NCBI GenBank assembly: GCA_050010515.1 | Contig: JBEKKX010000003.1 | Span: 36,902-100,901, forward strand | Length of the DNA: 64,000 bases | Direction of reading: 5' to 3' | Source: Candidatus Bathyarchaeia archaeon | GTDB lineage: Archaea > Thermoproteota > Bathyarchaeia > Bathyarchaeales > Bathycorpusculaceae | Shown: in pieces, positions 10,489 to 18,748 of the stretch | Layout: each line of letters begins with the position of its first letter | Numbering within the stretch: position 1 is the first letter of the stretch | The notes under the pieces: model-generated | Database searches by the model: none | Seen by the model: only the letters and a program-made list of their open reading frames with translations | What the model was told of the DNA's origin: nothing | Program-made: the position numbers and the translations under genes

Positions 10489-10806
10489 TTATTCTTCTTC
10501 ATGTTCTTTGCCCACTTGAATTAGTTTTCGAACTCTTTGCCCACCACGGTGACCTGCTTCTTCAAGGCTTGTTTTTCCCATAGCTTCACTTGTACCTTCA
10601 TGCTGCTTGGCCCTCTCAGATCCACCTTTGCTGCCTATCTCACTGTAAAATTCTGGGCCGCGCTCTTGAGAAACTTTCTCGCCGCCTTTACGACCGATTT
10701 CCTCATAAAACGCTCGCCCATGAGTTTGAGCGGTTTTTTCTCCACCTTTCCTTCCAGCCTCAGCAACAGTCATCTTGCCTTTTCTGTTTTCTTCACGCAT
10801 ACTCAA
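10489..10806 (-). CDS. KGG/Em-like hydrophilin (about 105 aa)
   Basis: MTVAEAGRKGG, FYEEIGRKGG, FYSEIGSKGG and EEAGHRGG repeats; SD precedes TTG 10806 (alternative ATG 10800). Confidence 0.9.
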   Translation of the reverse strand: MSMREENRKGKMTVAEAGRKGGEKTAQTHGRAFYEEIGRKGGEKVSQERGPEFYSEIGSKGGSERAKQHEGTSEAMGKTSLEEAGHRGGQRVRKLIQVGKEHEEE

Positions 10807-10864
10807 AAAATTCACCTCCTATTAAACAACGGAAAAGTTAACGGTATTAGAGCCGAATGACCGC

Positions 10865-10899
10865 TCATAAACTTATGTGGTTGTGGCATAACAGTAACA
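10865..10899 (-). promoter_or_regulatory. TATA box plus 24-bp pseudo-palindrome, copy 3
   Basis: Sense strand reads TGTTACTGT-N6-ACAACCACA-N5-TTATGA. Confidence 0.75.
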
Positions 10900-11044
10900 T
10901 GCCAACTAAGCAAAATGGAAGATTATTTCATATGAAAAAATACACAAAAAACAGCTTACAACATGAATATTCAATGCCAAATGGATTCATAAGTTAATTT
11001 AAATATCTCGGACAGGTCAACTTTATAATCATTGGGGAACCTGA

Positions 11045-12526
11045 ATGAAAGTGCTTCTCATCAATCCGCCGCAAGTATTTTATCCAGGTTCTGATCAGCC
11101 AGCAGGCAATCTGCCTCTTGGCTTAATGTACATCGCTGCGATGCTTGACAAAGCAGGTTACAAAACTGAAATTTTAGATGCTTTTATGAGTGATAGTTCA
11201 TTCCTGAAAAACGGCGAAACCATAAACGTTGGCATGCCGTTTGAGCGGATAAAGCAGGAAATTTACAGTCGGAAGCCAGATATTGTTGGTATAGCAGGAC
11301 CATTCACTTGCCAAATAGAAAACTCAGTTAAAATAAGCAACTTAGCCAAGCAAGTTGACCAAAGCATTTTAACAGTTGTAGGCGGTCCACACGTAACCAC
11401 AGTGCCAAAAGGGTTTCTTGAAGAGGCAAAAAGCGTTGACATTGCGGTGACAGGCGAAGGCGAATACACAATGCTTGAATTAGCTCAGTATTTTGAAGGC
11501 AAAAAACAGTTAAGCGAAATTCTCGGCGTCGCCTACCGTAAAGATGAAGAAGTCATCATAAATTCACCGAGGCCTTTCATTAAAAACTTGGATGAGCTTC
11601 CCTACCCAGCTTACGACCTAGTGGATATGGAGCAGTACCTAAGCCCCAAAAGGATAGGTTACCGCAGCTTCAGAAACAGGGCAATATCAATGATTACTAG
11701 CAGGGGGTGCCCCTTTAACTGCTGTTTCTGCTCGGTCCATTTGCACATGGGCAGGGAATTTAGAGCGCACTCCCCAAATTACGTGCTCAACCACATACAA
11801 TATGTCGTGGAAAAGTTTAATGTTAAGAACATTTTTTTTGAAGATGACAACCTAACCCTTGACCTCTCAAGGTTCGAAGCTGTCTGCGACGGCTTAATTG
11901 AGAAAAAAATCAAGATCGGTTGGGAAACGCCAAACGGCGTCCGAGCAGACTGCTTAAACTTGAATCTGCTGGAAAAAATGAAAAAGTCAGGTTGTCAAAG
12001 CGTCTTTTTCGGCGTTGAGTCAGGCGACCAGCAAATCTTAAACAATGTAATCTGCAAGAGCCTAGACTTGAACCGTGTAGTTGAAGTTGCGAAAATCTGC
12101 AAAGACATCGGCCTGAAAACAGGCGCATTCTACATTATTGGCTTTCCAGGCGAAAAGAAAGAGAACATGCAGAAAACCGTTGATTTTGCTCTAGGGCTCA
12201 AACGTGATTTTGATGTTGGCATGCATCTGTTCTATGCTACTCCTTCGTATGGAACAAGACTTTATGATGAGTGTAAGGCTAAAGGGTATATTCAGGGAGA
12301 TTTAACTTGGAACTCTTTTGCTGAGGCACGTCAACCGAAAGGCATGCCGTTGATTTCAACTGAGGATTTTACATCCCAAGAAGTGAAAGAGATAGCAACT
12401 AAGGCGCTTGAGGAGTATAAGAAATTATCTTTACTGAATCACATTAAAAATCCACGGAAAACGTTGAAGACAGCATTTGATCAGCCGCAACTCATTTTGA
12501 AATATCTCAGAAACTTATTTAGCTAA
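11045..12526 (+). CDS. B12-binding radical SAM protein (class B-like)
   Basis: N-terminal PLGLMYIAA...GGPH...GEGE cobalamin domain; SRGCPFNCCFC (CxxxCxxC). Confidence 0.93.
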   Translation: MKVLLINPPQVFYPGSDQPAGNLPLGLMYIAAMLDKAGYKTEILDAFMSDSSFLKNGETINVGMPFERIKQEIYSRKPDIVGIAGPFTCQIENSVKISNLAKQVDQSILTVVGGPHVTTVPKGFLEEAKSVDIAVTGEGEYTMLELAQYFEGKKQLSEILGVAYRKDEEVIINSPRPFIKNLDELPYPAYDLVDMEQYLSPKRIGYRSFRNRAISMITSRGCPFNCCFCSVHLHMGREFRAHSPNYVLNHIQYVVEKFNVKNIFFEDDNLTLDLSRFEAVCDGLIEKKIKIGWETPNGVRADCLNLNLLEKMKKSGCQSVFFGVESGDQQILNNVICKSLDLNRVVEVAKICKDIGLKTGAFYIIGFPGEKKENMQKTVDFALGLKRDFDVGMHLFYATPSYGTRLYDECKAKGYIQGDLTWNSFAEARQPKGMPLISTEDFTSQEVKEIATKALEEYKKLSLLNHIKNPRKTLKTAFDQPQLILKYLRNLFS

Positions 12527-12712
12527 AGATGTGTTAGCCCCAGAAACGAAATATTTCTGAAAAATACATTTCAATTTTGCTAGAGAAATTCACTTGCTAA
12601 ATTGATACCCTATCCCGTCTTTCTGGTGCCAAATGTGAGTGTCTGCTTTAGCATTAAAAGAAGAAAAAGGTGAAAGGGTTAACTATAAACATAAAGAAGT
12701 CACAGAAACAAT

Positions 12713-12838
12713 TCAGTAGGCTACCTTGAAGCTGGCACCACATTTGTCACAAGTGTAAACAGCTATGTAAAACAAGTCGTTTTCTATCTTCTTATCGGGT
12801 TTGGTGAGGTTTTTTCCACATTTTTGACAGCTAACCAT
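12713..12838 (-). CDS. Small zinc-ribbon protein (41 aa)
   Basis: CQKCG...CDKCG; AGGTG RBS precedes ATG 12838. Confidence 0.7.
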   Translation of the reverse strand: MVSCQKCGKNLTKPDKKIENDLFYIAVYTCDKCGASFKVAY

Positions 12839-13037
12839 ATGGGTACACCTGCGAGGTTTTTTATTTAGCGAAAGCACTATAAGAAAACTTGTTGTCTCAC
12901 TCAAGCTACAACAACCGCATCCCCGCTATATTATTAAGCAAAGGGCAACTCGCTTGAACTCGAAACGCTTTCTTGCTTCGAAGTTCAATTAGTTTAATAT
13001 ATTCTATTCTTACATGTGATTTCTTGTATGGGTAGCA

Positions 13038-15443
13038 ATGAGGAAACACAAGTGGATGCTAATCATTCTCATTTCCCTTATTCTAATTCAAACATCATAC
13101 AGCATGTCGGTAGCCTCATGCAGCAACGCTATTTCCAGCACCGACAACTGGACGATGTTCCGTAATGACCCAGGCCACAGCGGCACCACAACTGGTAACA
13201 GTCCAACGAATTCCGCCAAACTCTTGTGGAATTTCACAACAATGCAAGGTGTTGTATCTTCCCCCGCAGTAGCTAACGGCTACGTTTTCGTAGGTTCCAA
13301 TGAAGGGGCTGTTTACTGTCTCAACTCCTCCAACGGCGAACTAGTATGGTACTACCCAACTGGAAGTGCAGTGGCGTCGTCGCCTGCCATCGATAACGGG
13401 CGTGTCTACATAGGCTCCTACGATGGCAACGTTTATGCTTTGAACGCTACAAGCGGCGCAAAACTCTGGAATTCCACTATCGGCAGCAGTGTTGAGGCGT
13501 CTCCTGGCAGTGTTTATTCGTCTCCTGCTGTTGTCGGTGGCGTAGTCTACGTAGGCTCCTACGATGGCAACGTTTATGCTTTGAACGCTACAAGCGGCGC
13601 AAAACTCTGGAATTCCACTATCGGCAGCAGTGTTGAGTCGTCTCCTGCTGTCTCAGATGGCGTAGTCTACATTGCCTCTAACTTTTTTGTTTACGCTCTT
13701 AATGCGTCTACAGGTAACGAAATATGGAACCACCACACCGGAAGCACTATCTCTTCTCCTGCCGTGTACAATGGCTATGTCTACATAGGCTCATACGATG
13801 GTTACGTTTGTGGTTTGAATGCTTCCACAGGCACCCAGATTTGGAAATATCAAACCCAAGATTCAGTGGATTCTTCCCCAGCTGTCGCCTATGGATGCGT
13901 TTACGTAGGCTCTGAGGACAACAACGTTTATTGTCTAAACGCTTCAACCGGCAGTAAAATATGGCAGAGCCCAACTGGATATTGGGTCTGGTCTTCACCT
14001 GCAGTTGCAGGCGGCAACGTGTATGTGGGCTCTGAAGACTACAGCATTTATTGTCTTAATGCTTCTACAGGAGCAAAGGAATGGAGTTACGAGACTGGAA
14101 ATTTTGTGGATTCTTCACCAGCCATTATAAACAATACCCTATACGTGGGTTCTGATGATAATCATATCTACGCTTTTGCCTTATTCAATTCGACTGTTGA
14201 AACCGTACCTTTGCAATCTACCAGCTCTTTAGCGTGGACTACGATTGCGTTTGATGTGATTGCAGGTGCCGTAATGGCCGTGATTGTTTTTGCAGTCGTA
14301 CTCTTTGTTCGCTCGACCAGGCGGGCTAAGCGAAACGCTGAAGCCGCAAATATTTCTGGTCGAAATGTGTCTTGGTTTTCAGCACACACCGACGCCCTTT
14401 GTGTTTTGGCAATTCTGGCTTTTTCAACAATATTCTTCATTAATATAGGAAATGGACATCTGTCAGCTGCCGATGAGCAAACATACTCTCAATGGGCATT
14501 CCACATGGTTAAAACTGGAGACTACCTGACCCCTTGGGCTTTTGGCGGTATTTTTTTTGCAGGTAAGCCGCCTCTTAGCATTTGGCTGATGTCTCTTGCT
14601 TACCAGGTCTTTGGCGTTAACAACTTCGCGTCAAGGTTTTTTAGTGCTGTATTCGGCACCTTGTCCCTAGTTCTTATCTTCTATTTAGGAAAGAAACTTT
14701 ATAACGGCTATGTAGGATTTCTGTCGGCGCTAGTTTTAGGCACACTTACAACCTTCTATGAGTTTGCAAGACTCGCCATGACAGACGTTCCCTTAGTCTT
14801 CTTCGTTCTGGGCAGCATATACTTTTTTGTTTTGAGCGAAAAAAGCGAAAAAACAACCCGATATGCAGCTTTAAGCGGCCTATTTTTTGGTTTGGCATTA
14901 ATGACAAAACAGATTGAAGCCTTGCTAATTCTCCTAATCATCTTCGCTTATCTCATCGCAACACGGAAAAGCATCAGGTTTCTATTCACAAAACACTTTA
15001 CCCTTTTTTGGGGAATCGGCCTTCTCGTCTTTTCTCCCTGGCTAATCTACATGAACGCTCGTTTTGGATCACAATTTTGGTATTGGTATTTTGTTTATGA
15101 CGACATTACGCGGACAGTTGGTACTGTTGAGAGCCATGTCGGAAGTTACCTCTACTATTTCAGCTACTTAGCTAATAATGAGAACTTGCTTTGGGTAATA
15201 CTGCTTCCTTTTTCGGCAGGGCTTTGCGCATTCAATGCGGTTATCAAGCGCTTAAAAGGAGACACCATGATTCTCTTGTGGATGACAATTGTGCTCTTAG
15301 TATTCACTTTAGCTCAAACAAAACTTTTCTGGTATATTCTGCCGGCTTTTCCAGCTTTCGCCATAGCCATAAGCAGCTTTCTATATCAACTATCAAAGAA
15401 AATATTTCAACTATCAAAAAAAATAAAACTTTCCGCACGCTAA
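13038..15443 (+). CDS. Secreted PQQ/BamB-like 8-blade beta-propeller fused to an ArnT/PMT-like (GT-C) membrane glycosyltransferase, copy 1
   Basis: Signal peptide; eight SSPAV..VYVGS.D..VY.LNA.TG..W repeats; TM helix; then AADEQTY..GDYLTP..KPPL..MTD..MTK..WYILP. Confidence 0.9.
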   Translation: MRKHKWMLIILISLILIQTSYSMSVASCSNAISSTDNWTMFRNDPGHSGTTTGNSPTNSAKLLWNFTTMQGVVSSPAVANGYVFVGSNEGAVYCLNSSNGELVWYYPTGSAVASSPAIDNGRVYIGSYDGNVYALNATSGAKLWNSTIGSSVEASPGSVYSSPAVVGGVVYVGSYDGNVYALNATSGAKLWNSTIGSSVESSPAVSDGVVYIASNFFVYALNASTGNEIWNHHTGSTISSPAVYNGYVYIGSYDGYVCGLNASTGTQIWKYQTQDSVDSSPAVAYGCVYVGSEDNNVYCLNASTGSKIWQSPTGYWVWSSPAVAGGNVYVGSEDYSIYCLNASTGAKEWSYETGNFVDSSPAIINNTLYVGSDDNHIYAFALFNSTVETVPLQSTSSLAWTTIAFDVIAGAVMAVIVFAVVLFVRSTRRAKRNAEAANISGRNVSWFSAHTDALCVLAILAFSTIFFINIGNGHLSAADEQTYSQWAFHMVKTGDYLTPWAFGGIFFAGKPPLSIWLMSLAYQVFGVNNFASRFFSAVFGTLSLVLIFYLGKKLYNGYVGFLSALVLGTLTTFYEFARLAMTDVPLVFFVLGSIYFFVLSEKSEKTTRYAALSGLFFGLALMTKQIEALLILLIIFAYLIATRKSIRFLFTKHFTLFWGIGLLVFSPWLIYMNARFGSQFWYWYFVYDDITRTVGTVESHVGSYLYYFSYLANNENLLWVILLPFSAGLCAFNAVIKRLKGDTMILLWMTIVLLVFTLAQTKLFWYILPAFPAFAIAISSFLYQLSKKIFQLSKKIKLSAR
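13411..13637 (+). repeat. 86-bp exact intragenic direct repeat (13411-13496 = 13552-13637)
   Basis: taggctcctacgatggc...cggcagcagtgttgag occurs twice, offset by 141 nt. Confidence 0.9.
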
Positions 15444-15570
15444 CTTCATCTAAATCCCACAAAGGCGTTTGACAAGCTGAAAGCTCTTGAAACAGCGGTA
15501 GCATAAACAGCATGGTTAGTCAAGTATTTTTCTGCACTAAAATATCCCCGCAGAAAAAACATGTTCGGTA

Positions 15571-15589
15571 GGCGGCTGGTCCGCTGGGA
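15571..15589 (-). repeat. Degenerate copy of the tRNA-Arg 3' end (att-like remnant)
   Basis: ggcggctggtccgctggga matches ggtggcgggcccgctggga (18100-18118) at 16/19 positions and sits at the equivalent position after the paralogous gene. Confidence 0.65.
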
Positions 15590-15663
15590 CCCAAACAAAT
15601 CCCGCTTGAAGTTCAATTAGTTTAATATTCTAATTTTACATGTGGTCGATTGTAAGGATGGCA

Positions 15664-18054
15664 ATGCGAAAACTCAACTGGCTACTGATCAGTCTCATTT
15701 GTCTTATTCTAGTTCAACCAATTTGCATGTCGGTAGCTTCAGGTAGCAACTCCAGTTCCAGCACCAACGACTGGACAATGTTCCGTCAAGATCCAAGTCA
15801 CATTGGCTCAGTAACTGGAAACAGCTCAATCAATTCCGCTAAACTCTTGTGGAATTACACAACAGGCAGAATGGTACAGTCTTCCCCTGCAGTAGCGGAA
15901 GGCTATGTTTTCGTAGGCTCTAGGGATAGCCAAGTTTACTGTCTCAACGCCTCCAATGGTGAACCAGTCTGGAAATACCCAACTGGAAGTGAAGTGTGGT
16001 CGTCACCTGCCATCTATAATGGGCGTGTCTACGTAGGCGCAGACGACGGCTACGTTTACTGTCTAAACATTACCACTGGAATGCCTCTTTGGAAATCATT
16101 CATCGGGGGTCCAGTGCGGTCTTCGCCTACAGTTGTGGATGGCTACGTCTATATAGGTTCAGGAGAGCAAAATGTTTACGATCTTAACGCTACAGACGGA
16201 ACCACAATATGGATTTTCCCAACTTTATACCCAGTGGATTCATCGCCAGCCGTTTCAAATGGCGTAGTATACGTTGCCAATAGCGACGATTTCATTTACG
16301 CTATTAATGCTTCTACAGGCAGCCAGATATGGAGCCACCAAATTAGAAGCTCTAGTTCTTCTCCTGCCGTGTACAATGGGTATGTCTACATAGGCTCATA
16401 CGATGGTTACGTTTATGGTTTGAATGCTTCCACTGGCGCCCAGATTTGGAAGTACCAAACGGCAGACGAAGTGTACTCTTCCCCAGCTGTCGCTTACGGA
16501 TGCGTTTACGTAGGCTCCGAGGACAATAACGTTTATTGTTTAAACGCTTCAACCGGCAGTAAAATATGGCAGAGCCCGACCGGGTATTGGGTCACATCTT
16601 CACCAGCAGTTGCAGACGGCAACGTATACGTCGACTCCGAAGACTACAACATCTACTGCCTCAATGCCACTACAGGAGCCAAGGAATGGAGTTACCAAAC
16701 CGGAAATTTTGTAGAATCCTCTCCAGCAATTGCGAACGACACCCTCTACGTTGGTTCAGACGATTGCAAGGTCTACGCTTTAGCCTTAAACAATTCAACT
16801 GCTCAAACCCAACTTTCACAATCTACCAATTCTTTACCATGGACTACCATTGCGTTTGACACCATTGCGTGCGCGATAGGAGCAGTGATTATTTTTGCAT
16901 TAGCACGAACCTTTTACTCCAGTAGACGGCAGAAGCGAAATGCTGAATCAAGCGATATTCCGAACCAAAAATACTCATGGTTCAAAGCGCACTCTGACAC
17001 GGTTTTTATTTTGGCAATTCTGGCCTTTTCGATGATATTCTTCGCTAATCTTGGAAGCGGGGTTCTTCAGGCAGCCGACGAGCAAACGTACTCTCAATGG
17101 GCATACCACATGTTTAAAACTGGAGACTACCTGACCCCTTGGGCTGACGGCGCCGTGTCTTTCGTGATAGGCAAGCCGCCGCTTTTGATGTGGCTGATGT
17201 CTCTTGCCTACCAGGTCTTCGGCGTTAACAACTTTGCATCACGGATTTGGACCGCTGGATTCGGCGCTTTATCGTTAGTTCTTGTCTTCTATTTGGGAAA
17301 GAAACTTTACAATCGGTATGTTGGGTTCATGTCGGCGCTTGTTTTAGGCACATTCATAACTTATTACGTGTTTGCAAGATACGCCATGACTGACGTCCCG
17401 CTGGTTTGCTTCATTTTGGGAATCATATACTTTTTTGTTTTAAGCGAGGAAAAAGAAAATGCTAATCGATATGCAGTTTTAAGCGGCCTGTTTTTTGGCT
17501 TGGCGTTAATGACCAAGCAGATCGCTGCCCTGTTAATTCCGCTAATCATCTTTGCATATTTAATCACGACAAAGAAAAGCCTGCGGTTTCTCTTCACAAA
17601 ACACTTTACCCTTTTCTGGGGAGCTGGGCTTCTGCTGTTTTCGCCCTGGTTGATCTACATGGCTGCCCGTTTCGGGTCACAGTTTTGGCAGTGGTACTTC
17701 GTTTATGCTGACCTTACACGCTCAGCCAGCCCCGTTGAGGGCCACTTAGCGGGTTACCTTTTCTACTTTAACTACATAGCTAATCACGAAAACTGGCTTT
17801 GGGTAGTATTGTTGCCTTTCGCGGCTGGGCTTTGCGGGTTCAACACGGTTGTTAAGCGCTTAAAGGGAGACACGTTAATTTTCTTATGGATGGCGATCGT
17901 GCTGTTAGTATTCACTTTGGCGCAAACAAAAATTTACTGGTACATCCTGCCAGCTTTCCCAGCTTTCGCCATCGCCATAAGCAGCCTTCTGTACGAAGTA
18001 TCAAAGAAAATACTACGTCACAAGCTAACTTCAGCTAAACTCACTGGCGGTTGA
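15664..18054 (+). CDS. Beta-propeller/ArnT-like glycosyltransferase fusion, copy 2
   Basis: Collinear paralog of 13038-15443; an identical 21-bp promoter block occurs at 12980-13000 and 15608-15628. Confidence 0.9.
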   Translation: MRKLNWLLISLICLILVQPICMSVASGSNSSSSTNDWTMFRQDPSHIGSVTGNSSINSAKLLWNYTTGRMVQSSPAVAEGYVFVGSRDSQVYCLNASNGEPVWKYPTGSEVWSSPAIYNGRVYVGADDGYVYCLNITTGMPLWKSFIGGPVRSSPTVVDGYVYIGSGEQNVYDLNATDGTTIWIFPTLYPVDSSPAVSNGVVYVANSDDFIYAINASTGSQIWSHQIRSSSSSPAVYNGYVYIGSYDGYVYGLNASTGAQIWKYQTADEVYSSPAVAYGCVYVGSEDNNVYCLNASTGSKIWQSPTGYWVTSSPAVADGNVYVDSEDYNIYCLNATTGAKEWSYQTGNFVESSPAIANDTLYVGSDDCKVYALALNNSTAQTQLSQSTNSLPWTTIAFDTIACAIGAVIIFALARTFYSSRRQKRNAESSDIPNQKYSWFKAHSDTVFILAILAFSMIFFANLGSGVLQAADEQTYSQWAYHMFKTGDYLTPWADGAVSFVIGKPPLLMWLMSLAYQVFGVNNFASRIWTAGFGALSLVLVFYLGKKLYNRYVGFMSALVLGTFITYYVFARYAMTDVPLVCFILGIIYFFVLSEEKENANRYAVLSGLFFGLALMTKQIAALLIPLIIFAYLITTKKSLRFLFTKHFTLFWGAGLLLFSPWLIYMAARFGSQFWQWYFVYADLTRSASPVEGHLAGYLFYFNYIANHENWLWVVLLPFAAGLCGFNTVVKRLKGDTLIFLWMAIVLLVFTLAQTKIYWYILPAFPAFAIAISSLLYEVSKKILRHKLTSAKLTGG

Positions 18055-18101
18055 AACACCATGGTTATGAGAAGCAACGATAACATAAGCGGTATGTAGG
18101 G

Positions 18102-18201
18102 TGGCGGGCCCGCTGGGATTTGAACCCAGGATTTTCGGCTAACCCCCGCTTTGAGAAGCGTCCGGAGGCCGACGCCTTAATCCGTACTAGACTACGGGCC
18201 C
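18102..18201 (-). tRNA. tRNA-Arg(CCG) with a 21-nt intron at 37/38 (18141-18161) and encoded CCA
   Basis: GGGCCCG/CGGGCCC acceptor stem, TCGGC/GCCGA anticodon stem, TTCAAAT T-loop. Bulge-helix-bulge: CTCC:GGGG helix with GGA and TTA bulges. Confidence 0.95.
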
Positions 18202-18247
18202 ACAGTTTACAAACCAAACATGCCCAATTAATTTAAAGCTAACCTTG

Positions 18248-18748
18248 TTATTCTTGGATTAACTCTTCGTCTATCCACCAAGCCTTCTTCTTCCCAGACC
18301 TTTCGCCCGCATAATACTCGATTACTGGTTTTCCAACTTGTTTTTTGGAGATTTTCTGGATTTTTCTAAGCCTGTTAAGTATGAGCCACCTGTTGGTTTT
18401 AACGTAAGCAGCCAACTCAGGCGTAGTTGCGCTCTTGTAATGAAGCAGATACTCCATTATTTTATGGTCCACCTCATCGATGCAGAAAGAGTGCGGATTA
18501 ATATTTCCATGCTGAAACGTTAGCAGTTCCAAATCGGCAAGGTACTTTCTAATTTGCCCGAACTCCTGCTCTATTTTGCCCATTCTCTCTTCTAAGGCTA
18601 AAAGTTTGTCTGCTTTAGGCGTTTTCTGAAGTTTCTCACTTATGGCTTCCCTGATAAAGTTGCTTCGGTCACCCTCAGGAATACGCAGCGCCATTTCAAG
18701 GTAGACTTCTTCAGGTATTTTGACGGAAACTATTCTAACTTCGCTCAA
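18248..18748 (-). CDS. Ribbon-helix-helix + coiled coil + winged-helix DNA-binding protein
   Basis: IVSVKIPEE...RSNFIREAI (CopG-like); C-terminal DHKIMEYL..ATTPELA..RL (wHTH-like). Confidence 0.7.
   Translation of the reverse strand: MSEVRIVSVKIPEEVYLEMALRIPEGDRSNFIREAISEKLQKTPKADKLLALEERMGKIEQEFGQIRKYLADLELLTFQHGNINPHSFCIDEVDHKIMEYLLHYKSATTPELAAYVKTNRWLILNRLRKIQKISKKQVGKPVIEYYAGERSGKKKAWWIDEELIQE

Noticed and set aside
9044-10815. Short DNA repeats as a possible CRISPR array
   Set aside because: The repeats are in-frame coding units of KGG proteins; there are no unique spacers or cas genes.
13411-13637. Repeat pair as a diversity-generating retroelement TR/VR
   Set aside because: The copies are identical and adjacent within one ORF, with no adenine-specific differences and no reverse transcriptase in the window.
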